Source of the DNA: a virus
Length of the DNA: 64,000 nucleotides
Virus record (IMG/VR): IMGVR_UViG_3300046804_005087
Span: 2,813 to 66,812 of that record
Direction: 5' to 3' (one strand)
Position 1 is the first letter of the stretch. Each line of letters starts with the position of its first letter. The position numbers were made by a program, and so were the translations under genes. The notes beneath the pieces were generated by a model. That model ran no database searches. It had not been told where the DNA came from and saw only the letters and a program-made list of their open reading frames with translations. Shown piece by piece: positions 55,730 to 64,000 of the stretch.

Positions 55730-57267
55730 ATAACCTCTAGTATTTGTTGGGGTGGATAACAGCCAAATTCAGCTTTGAATTCTTTGTTTATCCAGCTATA
55801 ATCTTTATCTTTTTTGATGGCGATCGCCTCAAGATATGCTAAGTAAGCCAACATAGATTTTTCGTTGCGTTCACCATTGAATACCGCGCCTAATGACCAT
55901 TGAGCGCTGGGCCATTGGTTAGGGTGAAGTTCTTTGAATTTAGCCATAGCATAACCGGGGGCGATCCCTTTTTTGAATGCTTCTTTTTTCCATTCCCGAT
56001 ACAGTTGACCGGACAATGGGAAATCACATTCAACAGTTCGTAACTCAACTAAATTACTTTCCTGTTTAACTTTTTCTCTTAGTGGATATTCATGTCCACA
56101 TTCAGGACAGGTCATATCAAAAGTGCGGTGTAGGTGTCCACATTCAGGGCATTCTTTAACCGGCGGGTCGCCTTTTTCTCCCTGTTTAGCTTGAATTAAA
56201 GCAAAATCAGAGGGAGTTAAATCTTCAATAAAACCGTGGCGCTCAATGTTGCCAGCTTGGTCTAAAACTAAACACTCTGTTTTACCCTCAGATAACCGCA
56301 ATCCCCGTCCTAATTGCTGAACGTAAATGGCTTTTGATTTGGTGGGACGGGCTAGGATGACACACTCAATATTAGGTACATCAAACCCTTCCGAGAGTGC
56401 ATTACAACACGTTAGCACTGTCAATTTCCCGCTCTTTAAATTAGCATATAACGGTTCACGAATCTTAACGGGGCACATATCCCCACTGACATAATTAGCC
56501 GCTACACCTGCATTTTCAAAGGCTTTTGCCATGTGCTTAGCATGGGCAACGTCAACGCAAAAGACGATAGTGGTTAACCCATTAGCTAATCGTTGCCATT
56601 CACTGACCGCCTTGTTAACAATGCCCTCGTCATTACAAAGTACCGAAAGGTCATCTAAAGCAAATTCACCTGCAACGGTTTTGACTCCGTTCAAATCAGC
56701 GCCGCTTAGCCCAAAACATCGGGGTCTAACTAAAAACCCCATCTCTATTAATTGAGACGGTACAGGGGCTAAAACTAGAGCGTTAAATAAATCTCCCATT
56801 TCTTCACGTTTAGACAATCGCCACGGGGTAGCAGTTAACCCAATGGTAATTTTATGATGGTTGTTTTGAATCATTGACCGTCCACTTTTACGCCATGCGG
56901 TCAGGTGTGCTTCATCATAAACCGCAACATCATCAACCAATGTCAGGGCAGATTTACGACGCTCTAAAGTTTGCATCGAAACTACTTGGCAGGGGTTGTC
57001 AGAATCACAATCCATCCCGCCAGAAACTGCACTGGATTTGATGCCGTATTTCTCAAATCGGGCTATAGTCTGACGGACTAAATTATCTCGATGAACCATG
57101 AATGCAACACGGCGATCGCGGCTAAGAATATCCGCAACCATTGACGCCGCAACTTCCGTTTTACCACTGCCCGTACTGGCGCAAAGTAGTATTTTATTTT
57201 GACCATCACGGATATGGTCGTAAACCTGACGCTTTACGTCTAATTGGTAATCTCTGAGTTTGAGCAT
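55726..57267 (-). CDS. SF2 helicase (RadD/UvsW-like) with C-terminal Zn finger
   Basis: LRDYQ, TGSGKT, DEAH, TATP, SEGFD, QQLGRGLR, CPECG x2; start ATG 57267. Confidence 0.9.
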   Translation of the reverse strand: MLKLRDYQLDVKRQVYDHIRDGQNKILLCASTGSGKTEVAASMVADILSRDRRVAFMVHRDNLVRQTIARFEKYGIKSSAVSGGMDCDSDNPCQVVSMQTLERRKSALTLVDDVAVYDEAHLTAWRKSGRSMIQNNHHKITIGLTATPWRLSKREEMGDLFNALVLAPVPSQLIEMGFLVRPRCFGLSGADLNGVKTVAGEFALDDLSVLCNDEGIVNKAVSEWQRLANGLTTIVFCVDVAHAKHMAKAFENAGVAANYVSGDMCPVKIREPLYANLKSGKLTVLTCCNALSEGFDVPNIECVILARPTKSKAIYVQQLGRGLRLSEGKTECLVLDQAGNIERHGFIEDLTPSDFALIQAKQGEKGDPPVKECPECGHLHRTFDMTCPECGHEYPLREKVKQESNLVELRTVECDFPLSGQLYREWKKEAFKKGIAPGYAMAKFKELHPNQWPSAQWSLGAVFNGERNEKSMLAYLAYLEAIAIKKDKDYSWINKEFKAEFGCYPPQQILEVM

Positions 57268-57352
57268 ACTTCTCCTTTTGGCGTTTGCCACTGCCACGAC
57301 TAGCCATGATGGGGACAGTAACAAACGCTTATTTAATTGCTAGATGTTTGAT

Positions 57353-58120
57353 TTAGAAGGGCACAGAATCAATCTCTGCGTCACTTAAAGCCGACTCAGC
57401 TTCGACTTTGGGTAATTCAGTTTTTTGCAACGGCATTGCATCCATCGCACGTTCCCATGCCGTTTGTAATTCCGCGAGGTCGGTTGACGCTGGGATTTCT
57501 AATTCAATGCCGCGATTAGTAGCTTCCTTTGTAGCACTATCGAGATTGTCGATTAGCCGCTGTAATGCTTTATCGTGCCATTCGGGGTCGTTTGGATATG
57601 CTCCGTAAACATTGGCATCGAGATTAATTGAGGCACTAGAAAATGCTTCTTTGATAGATTTATCTAGCTTGGATTTGATAGCCATCACAGAATATTCTGT
57701 GTCTTGTCCATTACCACTTTTCTTAATTTTGATGTCGCATTCACTAAGAGGACCGGCATCTGGATCAGCGTCATATGCAGCCAATGTTTTTTGAATAGTT
57801 GCCTGGGGGATTTCTAAAACCTTTAAATCCTGGTCAAGGTAAGACCACACCAAACAGAACCATACGTGTTTCCATTTTTCTTGCTTGCCAAATTTATCAA
57901 ATTGACGACCACAAAACGGTAAGCGTACAGGTTCTTGCTGTTTTCCGTCTACAACGGCACGATACAGAATCGGCTTATTATCTGCCCCCCATGTACGGTA
58001 AATCAAACGCAGTCCTAAAATTCGGAATTTGTTATCTCCATTTTGGAGCTTCATGAAAATTGACTGACCATTACTTGAACCAACTTGCTCAATATCGTAT
58101 CCGGTAGGTAGTAACCCCAT
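57353..58120 (-). CDS. Single-stranded DNA-binding protein-like
   Basis: FMKL..G.NKFRIL...DIKIKKSG.G.DTEYSV; acidic DSVPF tail; GGAGG SD. Confidence 0.7.
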   Translation of the reverse strand: MGLLPTGYDIEQVGSSNGQSIFMKLQNGDNKFRILGLRLIYRTWGADNKPILYRAVVDGKQQEPVRLPFCGRQFDKFGKQEKWKHVWFCLVWSYLDQDLKVLEIPQATIQKTLAAYDADPDAGPLSECDIKIKKSGNGQDTEYSVMAIKSKLDKSIKEAFSSASINLDANVYGAYPNDPEWHDKALQRLIDNLDSATKEATNRGIELEIPASTDLAELQTAWERAMDAMPLQKTELPKVEAESALSDAEIDSVPF

Positions 58121-58209
58121 AAATGCCTCCACTAGGCTGATTAGGTATAAAGCTATATTAGCAAGCACACAACTAAAAGACAAGCATTTGATTGATGTGA
58201 TTTCCGACT

Positions 58210-58337
58210 GTCAACCCTGTTATAAATATCTAAGAAGGGGTTAACACCATGTAACCTAATCAGGGTAAGGGTTTTAGAATTTTAGGGATTTTAGTCAAAA
58301 TGGGGCATTGACAGTAAGATAGTTAGCGCTGTAATAT
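58210..58337 (+). repeat. Dispersed module copy E (inverted, divergent palindrome 58210-58245; -35 58308-58313, -10 58332-58337)
   Basis: GTCAACCCTGTTATAAATATCTAAGAAGGGGTTAAC, 62-bp spacing, CAGGGTAAGGGTTTT and TTTTAGGG retained. Confidence 0.8.
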
Positions 58338-58372
58338 GATTAACAGCTAAGCAAATGTATGGAGTGTCTACC

Positions 58373-58825
58373 GTGTTAAGCACACAATTTGTAATCAAAT
58401 CTAAGGTCAACGGCTTTCTATTAGCCGAGTTCTGGCTACAGTCTGAAACCCCCCTATCCGTCCAAGAGTGCCGCAATGCGGTTAAGTCTTTGGGATGGGA
58501 ACCCAGTGATGTGCGATGGGACTGCCCAAAATGCGTAGAGTTAGATGAAAGCCACCCCGGCACGATGACCCTGATTGATGCCTTTATCCCTTTATCCCAA
58601 AAAGTACGCCAGCTAGATAATGGTGAGCGTCAATGGAACGCTACAGGATGGCATGAATATACATCCTTAGACGGTTGCATTACGGCGCTAAGCGCCCGTG
58701 CGATCGCCCTAGATTGGGCACTGTTTGACGGGTTTGATGAGGAATTCGCACGGCAAAACATCAAAGTTAACGTTCGATACGTTGACAAGATCGAGTATCC
58801 AGTTAGCGATAACGTGCCTTTTTAA
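58373..58825 (+). CDS. Hypothetical protein (probable early gene)
   Basis: GTG start after GGAG SD downstream of module promoter. Confidence 0.6.
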   Translation: MLSTQFVIKSKVNGFLLAEFWLQSETPLSVQECRNAVKSLGWEPSDVRWDCPKCVELDESHPGTMTLIDAFIPLSQKVRQLDNGERQWNATGWHEYTSLDGCITALSARAIALDWALFDGFDEEFARQNIKVNVRYVDKIEYPVSDNVPF

Positions 58826-58865
58826 ATCAAACATTTATCGCCCTGGCAAGCGTCAGGGTAAAACT

Positions 58866-58997
58866 ATGTACCTGTCTAATCCCCATCCTGTCACCCGCAT
58901 TAAACAGACCGCTAAATCTAGTTACTACCGAGCTTCTGTCAGGCTCGGTTTTAAATTAGTGGCGATCGCCCTAGCAAAAACATTAATCAAAGGCTAA
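58866..58997 (+). CDS. Small hypothetical protein
   Basis: 43-aa ORF within the operon. Confidence 0.35.
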   Translation: MYLSNPHPVTRIKQTAKSSYYRASVRLGFKLVAIALAKTLIKG

Positions 58998-59004
58998 GCA
59001 AACC

Positions 59005-61317
59005 ATGAACTATCAAGATTTTTTGTCCAATAAGCTGTCTAAAGTTACGCCGTCTGGGTTTGATATTGCCCTTAATGACCTTCCTGATTGTCTTTTTGAT
59101 TATCAAAAATTTGTAGTGCAGTTAGCATTGCAAAAGGGTAAGTTTGCCATATTTGCCGGGACAGGTTTAGGAAAGTCTCTCATGCAATTAGTTTGGGCGT
59201 TAGAAGTTAATCGTCACACTAACCGCCCCGTTCTGATTCTTGCTCCCTTAGCAGTAGCTAAACAAACGGCAGGGGATGAGTGTACAAAGTGGGGGATTAA
59301 CGCCCAATACTGCGAGTCTCAAGCCGACGTAATCAATGGCATCAACATCACCAATTATGAGAAGTTAGGCAAGTTTAGTCCTGATACTTTTGCTGGTATT
59401 GTATTGGATGAAAGTTCAATCCTTAAGGGATTTAACGGCAAAATGCGGAGTCAATTAATTGAGGCTTTTGAATATACTCCTTATAAGTTGGCTTGCACTG
59501 CTACCCCTAGCCCTAATGACTACATTGAATTAGGGAACCATTGCGAGTTTTTAAACGTGATGAGCCGTGATGAGATGTTAGCGACGTTTTTTGTTCACGA
59601 TGGCAAAGTGTCGTTAACTGATGAGATTTGGAAACTCAAAAATCACGGCAAAATTAAATTTTGGGAATGGCTTGCATCATGGTCTGTTATGTTTCAGAAA
59701 CCTAGTCATTTAGGTTTTAGTGATGATAATTACCAACTCCCTAAACTCATTGAGCATGAGCTAACAATTGAGTCTGGTATTGTACGGGAAGGTGAACTGT
59801 TCACCATGGAGGCACGGGGATTAATTGAGCAACGCCATGCTAAACGCTCAACTATTGACGACCGTGTTAAAGCTGCCGCCGATTTGATTAATGCTAGTGA
59901 TGAACAGTGGCTTGTCTGGTGCGATCTTAACGATGAATCCGCCGCCCTAGCCGCCGCTATTAACGATTGTGTTGAGGTTAAAGGGTCTGATAAAGACTCC
60001 CATAAAGAGAACGCCGCCATTGACTTTGCACATGGCAAAATCAAAGTCTTAGTTTCAAAAGCTTCTATTTTTGGATTTGGGCTAAACTTTCAATCTTGCC
60101 ACAATATGCTATTTGTCGGGCTTTCTAATTCTTTTGAGTTAACCTATCAAGCCGTCCGGCGGTGCTACAGGTTTGGGCAAACTCAAGATGTAAATGTCTA
60201 TTATGTAGCCGTTGACATTGAGGGAGCCGTCCTTAAAAATATTCAGAAAAAACATCGTAAGTTTGAAGAAATGCAAGCTAACATTGCCAGTCATTTCTTA
60301 TCTGCCTATCACGCCATCACTGCTAAAAAAGACTACGATCTTACTAAAGCCATGACTAGCCCTATTCTCGAAGTTAAAGACGGTTTATGCCTTGACCAAA
60401 AACATGGGCAAAACTATTCTAGTTTCCAAGGTGATTGTGTTGAATTGATTAAAGCCGTCCCTGATGACAGTATCGGTTACTCTATTTTTAGCCCACCTTT
60501 TGCGAATCTTTTTACTTATTCCGATTCTCTTCACGATATGGGGAATGTTACCAGTGACGACCAATTTACGGAGCATTACAAATTCCTTTTGAGTGAACTT
60601 TATCGCGTTATGATGCCCGGTCGGCTGGTATCCGTTCACTGCCAAGATTTAATTGCCACTAAGACTAAAGACGGCTTTATTGGCATTAAAGACTTCTCTG
60701 GTTTAATGATTCAGTTAATGCAAGAATTAGGGTTTGTTTATCACAGTCGCGTCACTATCTGGAAAGATCCGGTTTGTCAAATGCAACGACTCAAACCCAT
60801 TGGTTTACTTCACAAACAAGTAGAAAAAGACTCAAGTTTAAGCCGTCAAGGATTACCTGATTACCTGGTAACATTCCGCAAGCCAGGAGAAAATACAGAG
60901 CCAATCGAAGGGCGTTTAGTTGAGTTTTACGGGGAAGATTTGCCTCCTATCAGCAATGATCCTAAATGGCATTCTATTAACGTGTGGCAGCGGTACGCTA
61001 GCCCTGTATGGATGGATATTGTCCAAAATGATACTTTAAACTTTCGTGAGGCTAAGGAAGATGATGATCATAAGCATATTTGTCCCTTACAATTGACGGT
61101 TATCCGTCGGGCTTTGCAGCTATGGTCTAACCATGGCGATGTTGTTTTGAGTCCCTTTGCTGGTATTGGTTCGGAGGGTTATGTCAGCTTAGATATGGAT
61201 CGCAAGTTTGTAGGCTTTGAGCTTAAAAAATCTTACTGGGATTGCCAAGTTAAAAACCTAGAATATATCGAAAACAAACCTAAACAACTTGCATTGTCAG
61301 ATTTGATTGCCGTCTAA
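59005..61317 (+). CDS. SNF2-like helicase fused to amino (N4C/N6A) DNA methyltransferase
   Basis: GTGLGKS, LDES, TATP, QAVRRCYRFGQ; FSPPF, HICP, SPFAGIGS. Confidence 0.9.
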   Translation: MNYQDFLSNKLSKVTPSGFDIALNDLPDCLFDYQKFVVQLALQKGKFAIFAGTGLGKSLMQLVWALEVNRHTNRPVLILAPLAVAKQTAGDECTKWGINAQYCESQADVINGINITNYEKLGKFSPDTFAGIVLDESSILKGFNGKMRSQLIEAFEYTPYKLACTATPSPNDYIELGNHCEFLNVMSRDEMLATFFVHDGKVSLTDEIWKLKNHGKIKFWEWLASWSVMFQKPSHLGFSDDNYQLPKLIEHELTIESGIVREGELFTMEARGLIEQRHAKRSTIDDRVKAAADLINASDEQWLVWCDLNDESAALAAAINDCVEVKGSDKDSHKENAAIDFAHGKIKVLVSKASIFGFGLNFQSCHNMLFVGLSNSFELTYQAVRRCYRFGQTQDVNVYYVAVDIEGAVLKNIQKKHRKFEEMQANIASHFLSAYHAITAKKDYDLTKAMTSPILEVKDGLCLDQKHGQNYSSFQGDCVELIKAVPDDSIGYSIFSPPFANLFTYSDSLHDMGNVTSDDQFTEHYKFLLSELYRVMMPGRLVSVHCQDLIATKTKDGFIGIKDFSGLMIQLMQELGFVYHSRVTIWKDPVCQMQRLKPIGLLHKQVEKDSSLSRQGLPDYLVTFRKPGENTEPIEGRLVEFYGEDLPPISNDPKWHSINVWQRYASPVWMDIVQNDTLNFREAKEDDDHKHICPLQLTVIRRALQLWSNHGDVVLSPFAGIGSEGYVSLDMDRKFVGFELKKSYWDCQVKNLEYIENKPKQLALSDLIAV

Positions 61318-61398
61318 AATCAAACACCTGATAATTTTGCAGATATCCCTCCAATTGGGGGGATTTTTAGTATAGTTGCGTCCAGTATTTTTATAAAA

Positions 61399-61590
61399 AT
61401 GTTTGTCCCTACAACAAAAGCCCTTAACGAATTAAATCTAAATATTAGTCGTCAACACCTATACCACCTAATTAAAAGTGGTGAGTTAGAAAATGGTAAA
61501 CATTATATTGACGTTCGGAGTCCTAATAGTAAAAGACCCACCTATCGGGTCTGTGTATCGGAATTGCAAAACTATTTTGAGGTTCGATAA
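61399..61590 (+). CDS. Excisionase-like HTH protein
   Basis: LNISRQHLYHLIKSGEL..GKHY...RPTYR. Confidence 0.65.
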   Translation: MFVPTTKALNELNLNISRQHLYHLIKSGELENGKHYIDVRSPNSKRPTYRVCVSELQNYFEVR

Positions 61591-61847
61591 TGTTTTCAGT
61601 TTTAGAGCACAAAACTAACGGGGAGCGGTCTTTGGTGTTGTGGGATTGCCAATTTATTAGAGGCGAAACGGCACTACATTGTGGGTTAGTTTGGATTGAT
61701 AAATCCTGTAATTATAGTCGCGTCCAATTAATACCCAGGATGGCGACTAGTCCGATTATTATCATTGACTTCCCCTCTGCATTAAGGGGGTTAGCCACAA
61801 CTCAGGTCATCCCTGACGTGATTTTTAGAATAGAATCGATAAATTAA
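61590..61847 (+). CDS. Hypothetical protein
   Basis: Coupled ORF. Confidence 0.45.
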   Translation: MFSVLEHKTNGERSLVLWDCQFIRGETALHCGLVWIDKSCNYSRVQLIPRMATSPIIIIDFPSALRGLATTQVIPDVIFRIESIN

Positions 61848-61860
61848 TTAATGGTGATTT

Positions 61861-62966
61861 ATGACCGCTTGCACCCTACAGCCTGTAGAACAAATTGATA
61901 GCACGTTAATTAACTGGTTAAAAAGTCGGTTAGCTAACAAAAAAATTCCTTTTGCACTGTTTAACTTTAGTGATACCCCTGATTGGTCAGATTGTGAAAC
62001 CGTTGAAGTGGCAGGATTACAGATTCCTAAATTAGGAGAGTTAACCACTATTGAGCGGATTGTATTAGATAACGTAGCTGACAATCAGATTGAATCTTCC
62101 ACGCGGTTACAATTAACATTGCGACAATTAGCAAAAGCCCTGGCTACCTATTGGGATGTTATTTGCGAGCAAATCGACTTTAACACGCCGGAAGAAAAGA
62201 ACGCGGTTAAAACACTAAAAGCACTTAAACCCGTGCAATTGTCTGGTTATATTTTCCCTGCGGATAGTGTCGAATATCGTTTAGTTAGTGCCACAGTTGC
62301 GTACCAAGAATTTCAGTCCGAGCATTTAGAAGAAATTACCCAAGCGCTCAATATTGCTATTGAGATGCAAGATGGCAGTTTTTCTAATCTAATGCGGATT
62401 GCATTTTTTCTTGCCAGTCGGTTAGGTTCTGCATGGTTAAATCCCGTCAAATTACAACGGCTTACTGAATCTAAAGCACAGGCATTACTTGATTTCGTTG
62501 CCCTTGAATCCAACAACGGGGAAGACATTCCTGATATTAAAAAAGCGGATGGTGACGCCAAAGAAACCGAGGGAAAGTAAACCCATACCAGGGCTATTGT
62601 GAGGAGTATTGGGAGATTGCCCAGGCGTTTTCTCAGGATCCTCGTTTTAGCCCTGGTAGGTATGGACACCAGCCGCGATGGTTAATCAGGCAAGCGCTAA
62701 ACTCAATTTGCGATCGCCGCAATTTAGAGCAACAAAGTACAGTTAGATTAACCTATACTGTCATGGGGATGTTTGGGAAGCCTAAAATCGAAGTTGACGA
62801 TCTATTCCCTCACCCCCTGCATTGGCGGATTAAGACTAGCGGTAAGCGCCTGCCCATTACCAAACGGACTGCCCAAATAGTATTGGCGACCCTCAACGAT
62901 TACCCGGAAACCAAACCGGCATTGTCAAAAATTATGATCGACCTACAAGCGGCAATTATCACTTAA
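61861..62966 (+). CDS. Tail assembly chaperone pair G (61861-62580) / GT (-1 frameshift to 62966)
   Basis: G_GGA_AAG at 62571-62577 immediately before the stop; -1 frame open through to 62966. Confidence 0.8.
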
Positions 62967-62971
62967 ACATC

Positions 62972-63196
62972 ATGCAAACAGACATTACTTTGTTAACCAA
63001 AGCATTAGGCAATCAAGTTCGATACACCAAAATTGTTATCAACGGTGTTGAGGTTGCTTGCGACAATGTAGACATTTACGATAAAGACGGGATCTTCAAC
63101 GTTTCTGTTTCACTTTATCCATCATCGTTAATCGTATTACCTGAATCAGAGGTGAACGCAGCTACGCATTTACTAAATCAAAAGGCTTCTAACTAA
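62972..63196 (+). CDS. Hypothetical protein
   Basis: 74-aa ORF. Confidence 0.45.
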   Translation: MQTDITLLTKALGNQVRYTKIVINGVEVACDNVDIYDKDGIFNVSVSLYPSSLIVLPESEVNAATHLLNQKASN

Positions 63197-63511
63197 GGCG
63201 ATCGCCTCATCACTCGAATAGCACACTTCTACTCTGTACCCTGCTTTCTTTAGGCGGGGTATTATTTTTTTCTGACTGTCCGATAGCGTACCCTTGCCAT
63301 ATTTCATTTCTATATATAGTCGCAATTCTGGGATAAACAGGTCAGGCACGCCCGCCAATGCCCCCTCCGACTTTAATTTATTCCACTGTTTAATCCGTTG
63401 AGTTTGCGACCCTGCGAGGTTAGCACCGTTGGGGATGGAGTGGATTAGAAGGTCGGGGTAGTTGATTTTGATCCAGGTTACGAATTTTGTCTGCTCTAAA
63501 TGTTCACTCAT
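63173..63511 (-). CDS. VRR-NUC nuclease
   Basis: SEH.EQ...HSIPNG...GVPDL...IEMK..KG.LS..Q. Confidence 0.88.
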   Translation of the reverse strand: MSEHLEQTKFVTWIKINYPDLLIHSIPNGANLAGSQTQRIKQWNKLKSEGALAGVPDLFIPELRLYIEMKYGKGTLSDSQKKIIPRLKKAGYRVEVCYSSDEAIALVRSLLI

Positions 63512-63522
63512 GCCTTGCACCA

Positions 63523-63595
63523 TAAGGGTTTGAGGCTATTTTAAAAACTGGTTTGGCAAAAAAATTGACAGTAAGATGGTTAACTGTGTTATATT
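63523..63595 (+). promoter_or_regulatory. Dispersed module partial copy F (promoter half only)
   Basis: TTGACAGTAAGATGGTT at 63565; TAAGGGTTT 42 bp upstream as in copy E; palindrome absent. Confidence 0.7.
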
Positions 63596-63630
63596 GATAT
63601 TCAGTTAAGCAAGCAACCACAGAGACAATT

Positions 63631-64000
63631 ATGAACACTACAGCCATCGCTCAACATCTTAATATTGCTTCCCAAGCAATCCTCGAGGTGCAAGAGTGGG
63701 CACAAGTTTATTGGGTGCGCTTCCAAGGTGGTTGCCGTTTCGTGTCCAAAAAACTTATCAAAATGGAGGAAATTGGCAACCGATGGAAAAAAGGCGAATA
63801 TGATCGCATCTATTTTCAGCCATCGGTCATTGCAAAGTCCTTAAAACTGAGCAACAGCAAGGCCCGCCAAATCAACTCAAACAAATTTTACTACGACATC
63901 AAAACGGGGCGGTTCCAATGTGCTATCTCCGGTAGCGGAACACATGGAGTGACCGATACCCCTATTTCTGGCAACGGAACCAAAAACCCACCCTACTGGG
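63631..64000 (+). CDS. Hypothetical protein (partial, runs off the window)
   Basis: MNTTAIAQHLNI... open to the window end. Confidence 0.6.
   Translation, partial: MNTTAIAQHLNIASQAILEVQEWAQVYWVRFQGGCRFVSKKLIKMEEIGNRWKKGEYDRIYFQPSVIAKSLKLSNSKARQINSNKFYYDIKTGRFQCAISGSGTHGVTDTPISGNGTKNPPYW

Larger units (their letters stand above)
1..64000. mobile_element. Cyanobacterial tailed phage/prophage genome segment (siphovirus-like, GTA-type tail tip)
   Basis: Portal, terminase, tape measure, tail and lysis genes throughout; no host housekeeping synteny; HIP1 (GCGATCGC) strongly enriched. Confidence 0.93.

Noticed and set aside
1-64000. tRNA/tmRNA genes, integrase, major capsid protein, reverse transcriptase/DGR
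   Set aside because: No cloverleaf/T-loop motifs, recombinase catalytic motifs, HK97-fold candidate, YxDD RT or adenine-variable TR/VR pair recognised by eye; they may lie outside the window.

Overview
The whole 64 kb window is part of a tailed (siphovirus-type) phage or prophage of a cyanobacterium. The HIP1 octamer GCGATCGC occurs about 30 times by eye, and nrdB, dnaN, nblA and a sigma factor look cyanobacterial. The window encodes portal, terminase, GTA-like tail-tip proteins, a 3761-aa tape measure, tail fibres, a multi-domain endolysin, a primase-helicase, a beta clamp, helicases, DNA methylases and antirepressor-like proteins. No major capsid protein, integrase, tRNA or CRISPR array was seen. 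Gene order is unusually scrambled, with virion genes scattered on both strands. The most interesting signals are non-coding. (1) A ~60-nt candidate sRNA (53755-53814) has a seed complementary to a leader motif upstream of at least 10 phage genes, mostly with G-U-compatible variation. (2) A dispersed ~130-bp module (36-bp palindrome, exactly 62 bp, then a TTGACAGTAAG promoter) occurs in 5 full and 2 partial copies. (3) A TTAAGATAG-type -10-only motif precedes the scattered virion genes, alongside a phage sigma factor with a degenerate region 4. (4) A three-way-junction RNA candidate and two -1 frameshift sites are present. An HNH/SF2-helicase/HTH four-gene operon is a candidate defence module. 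All family calls come from motif recognition by eye, not database searches.
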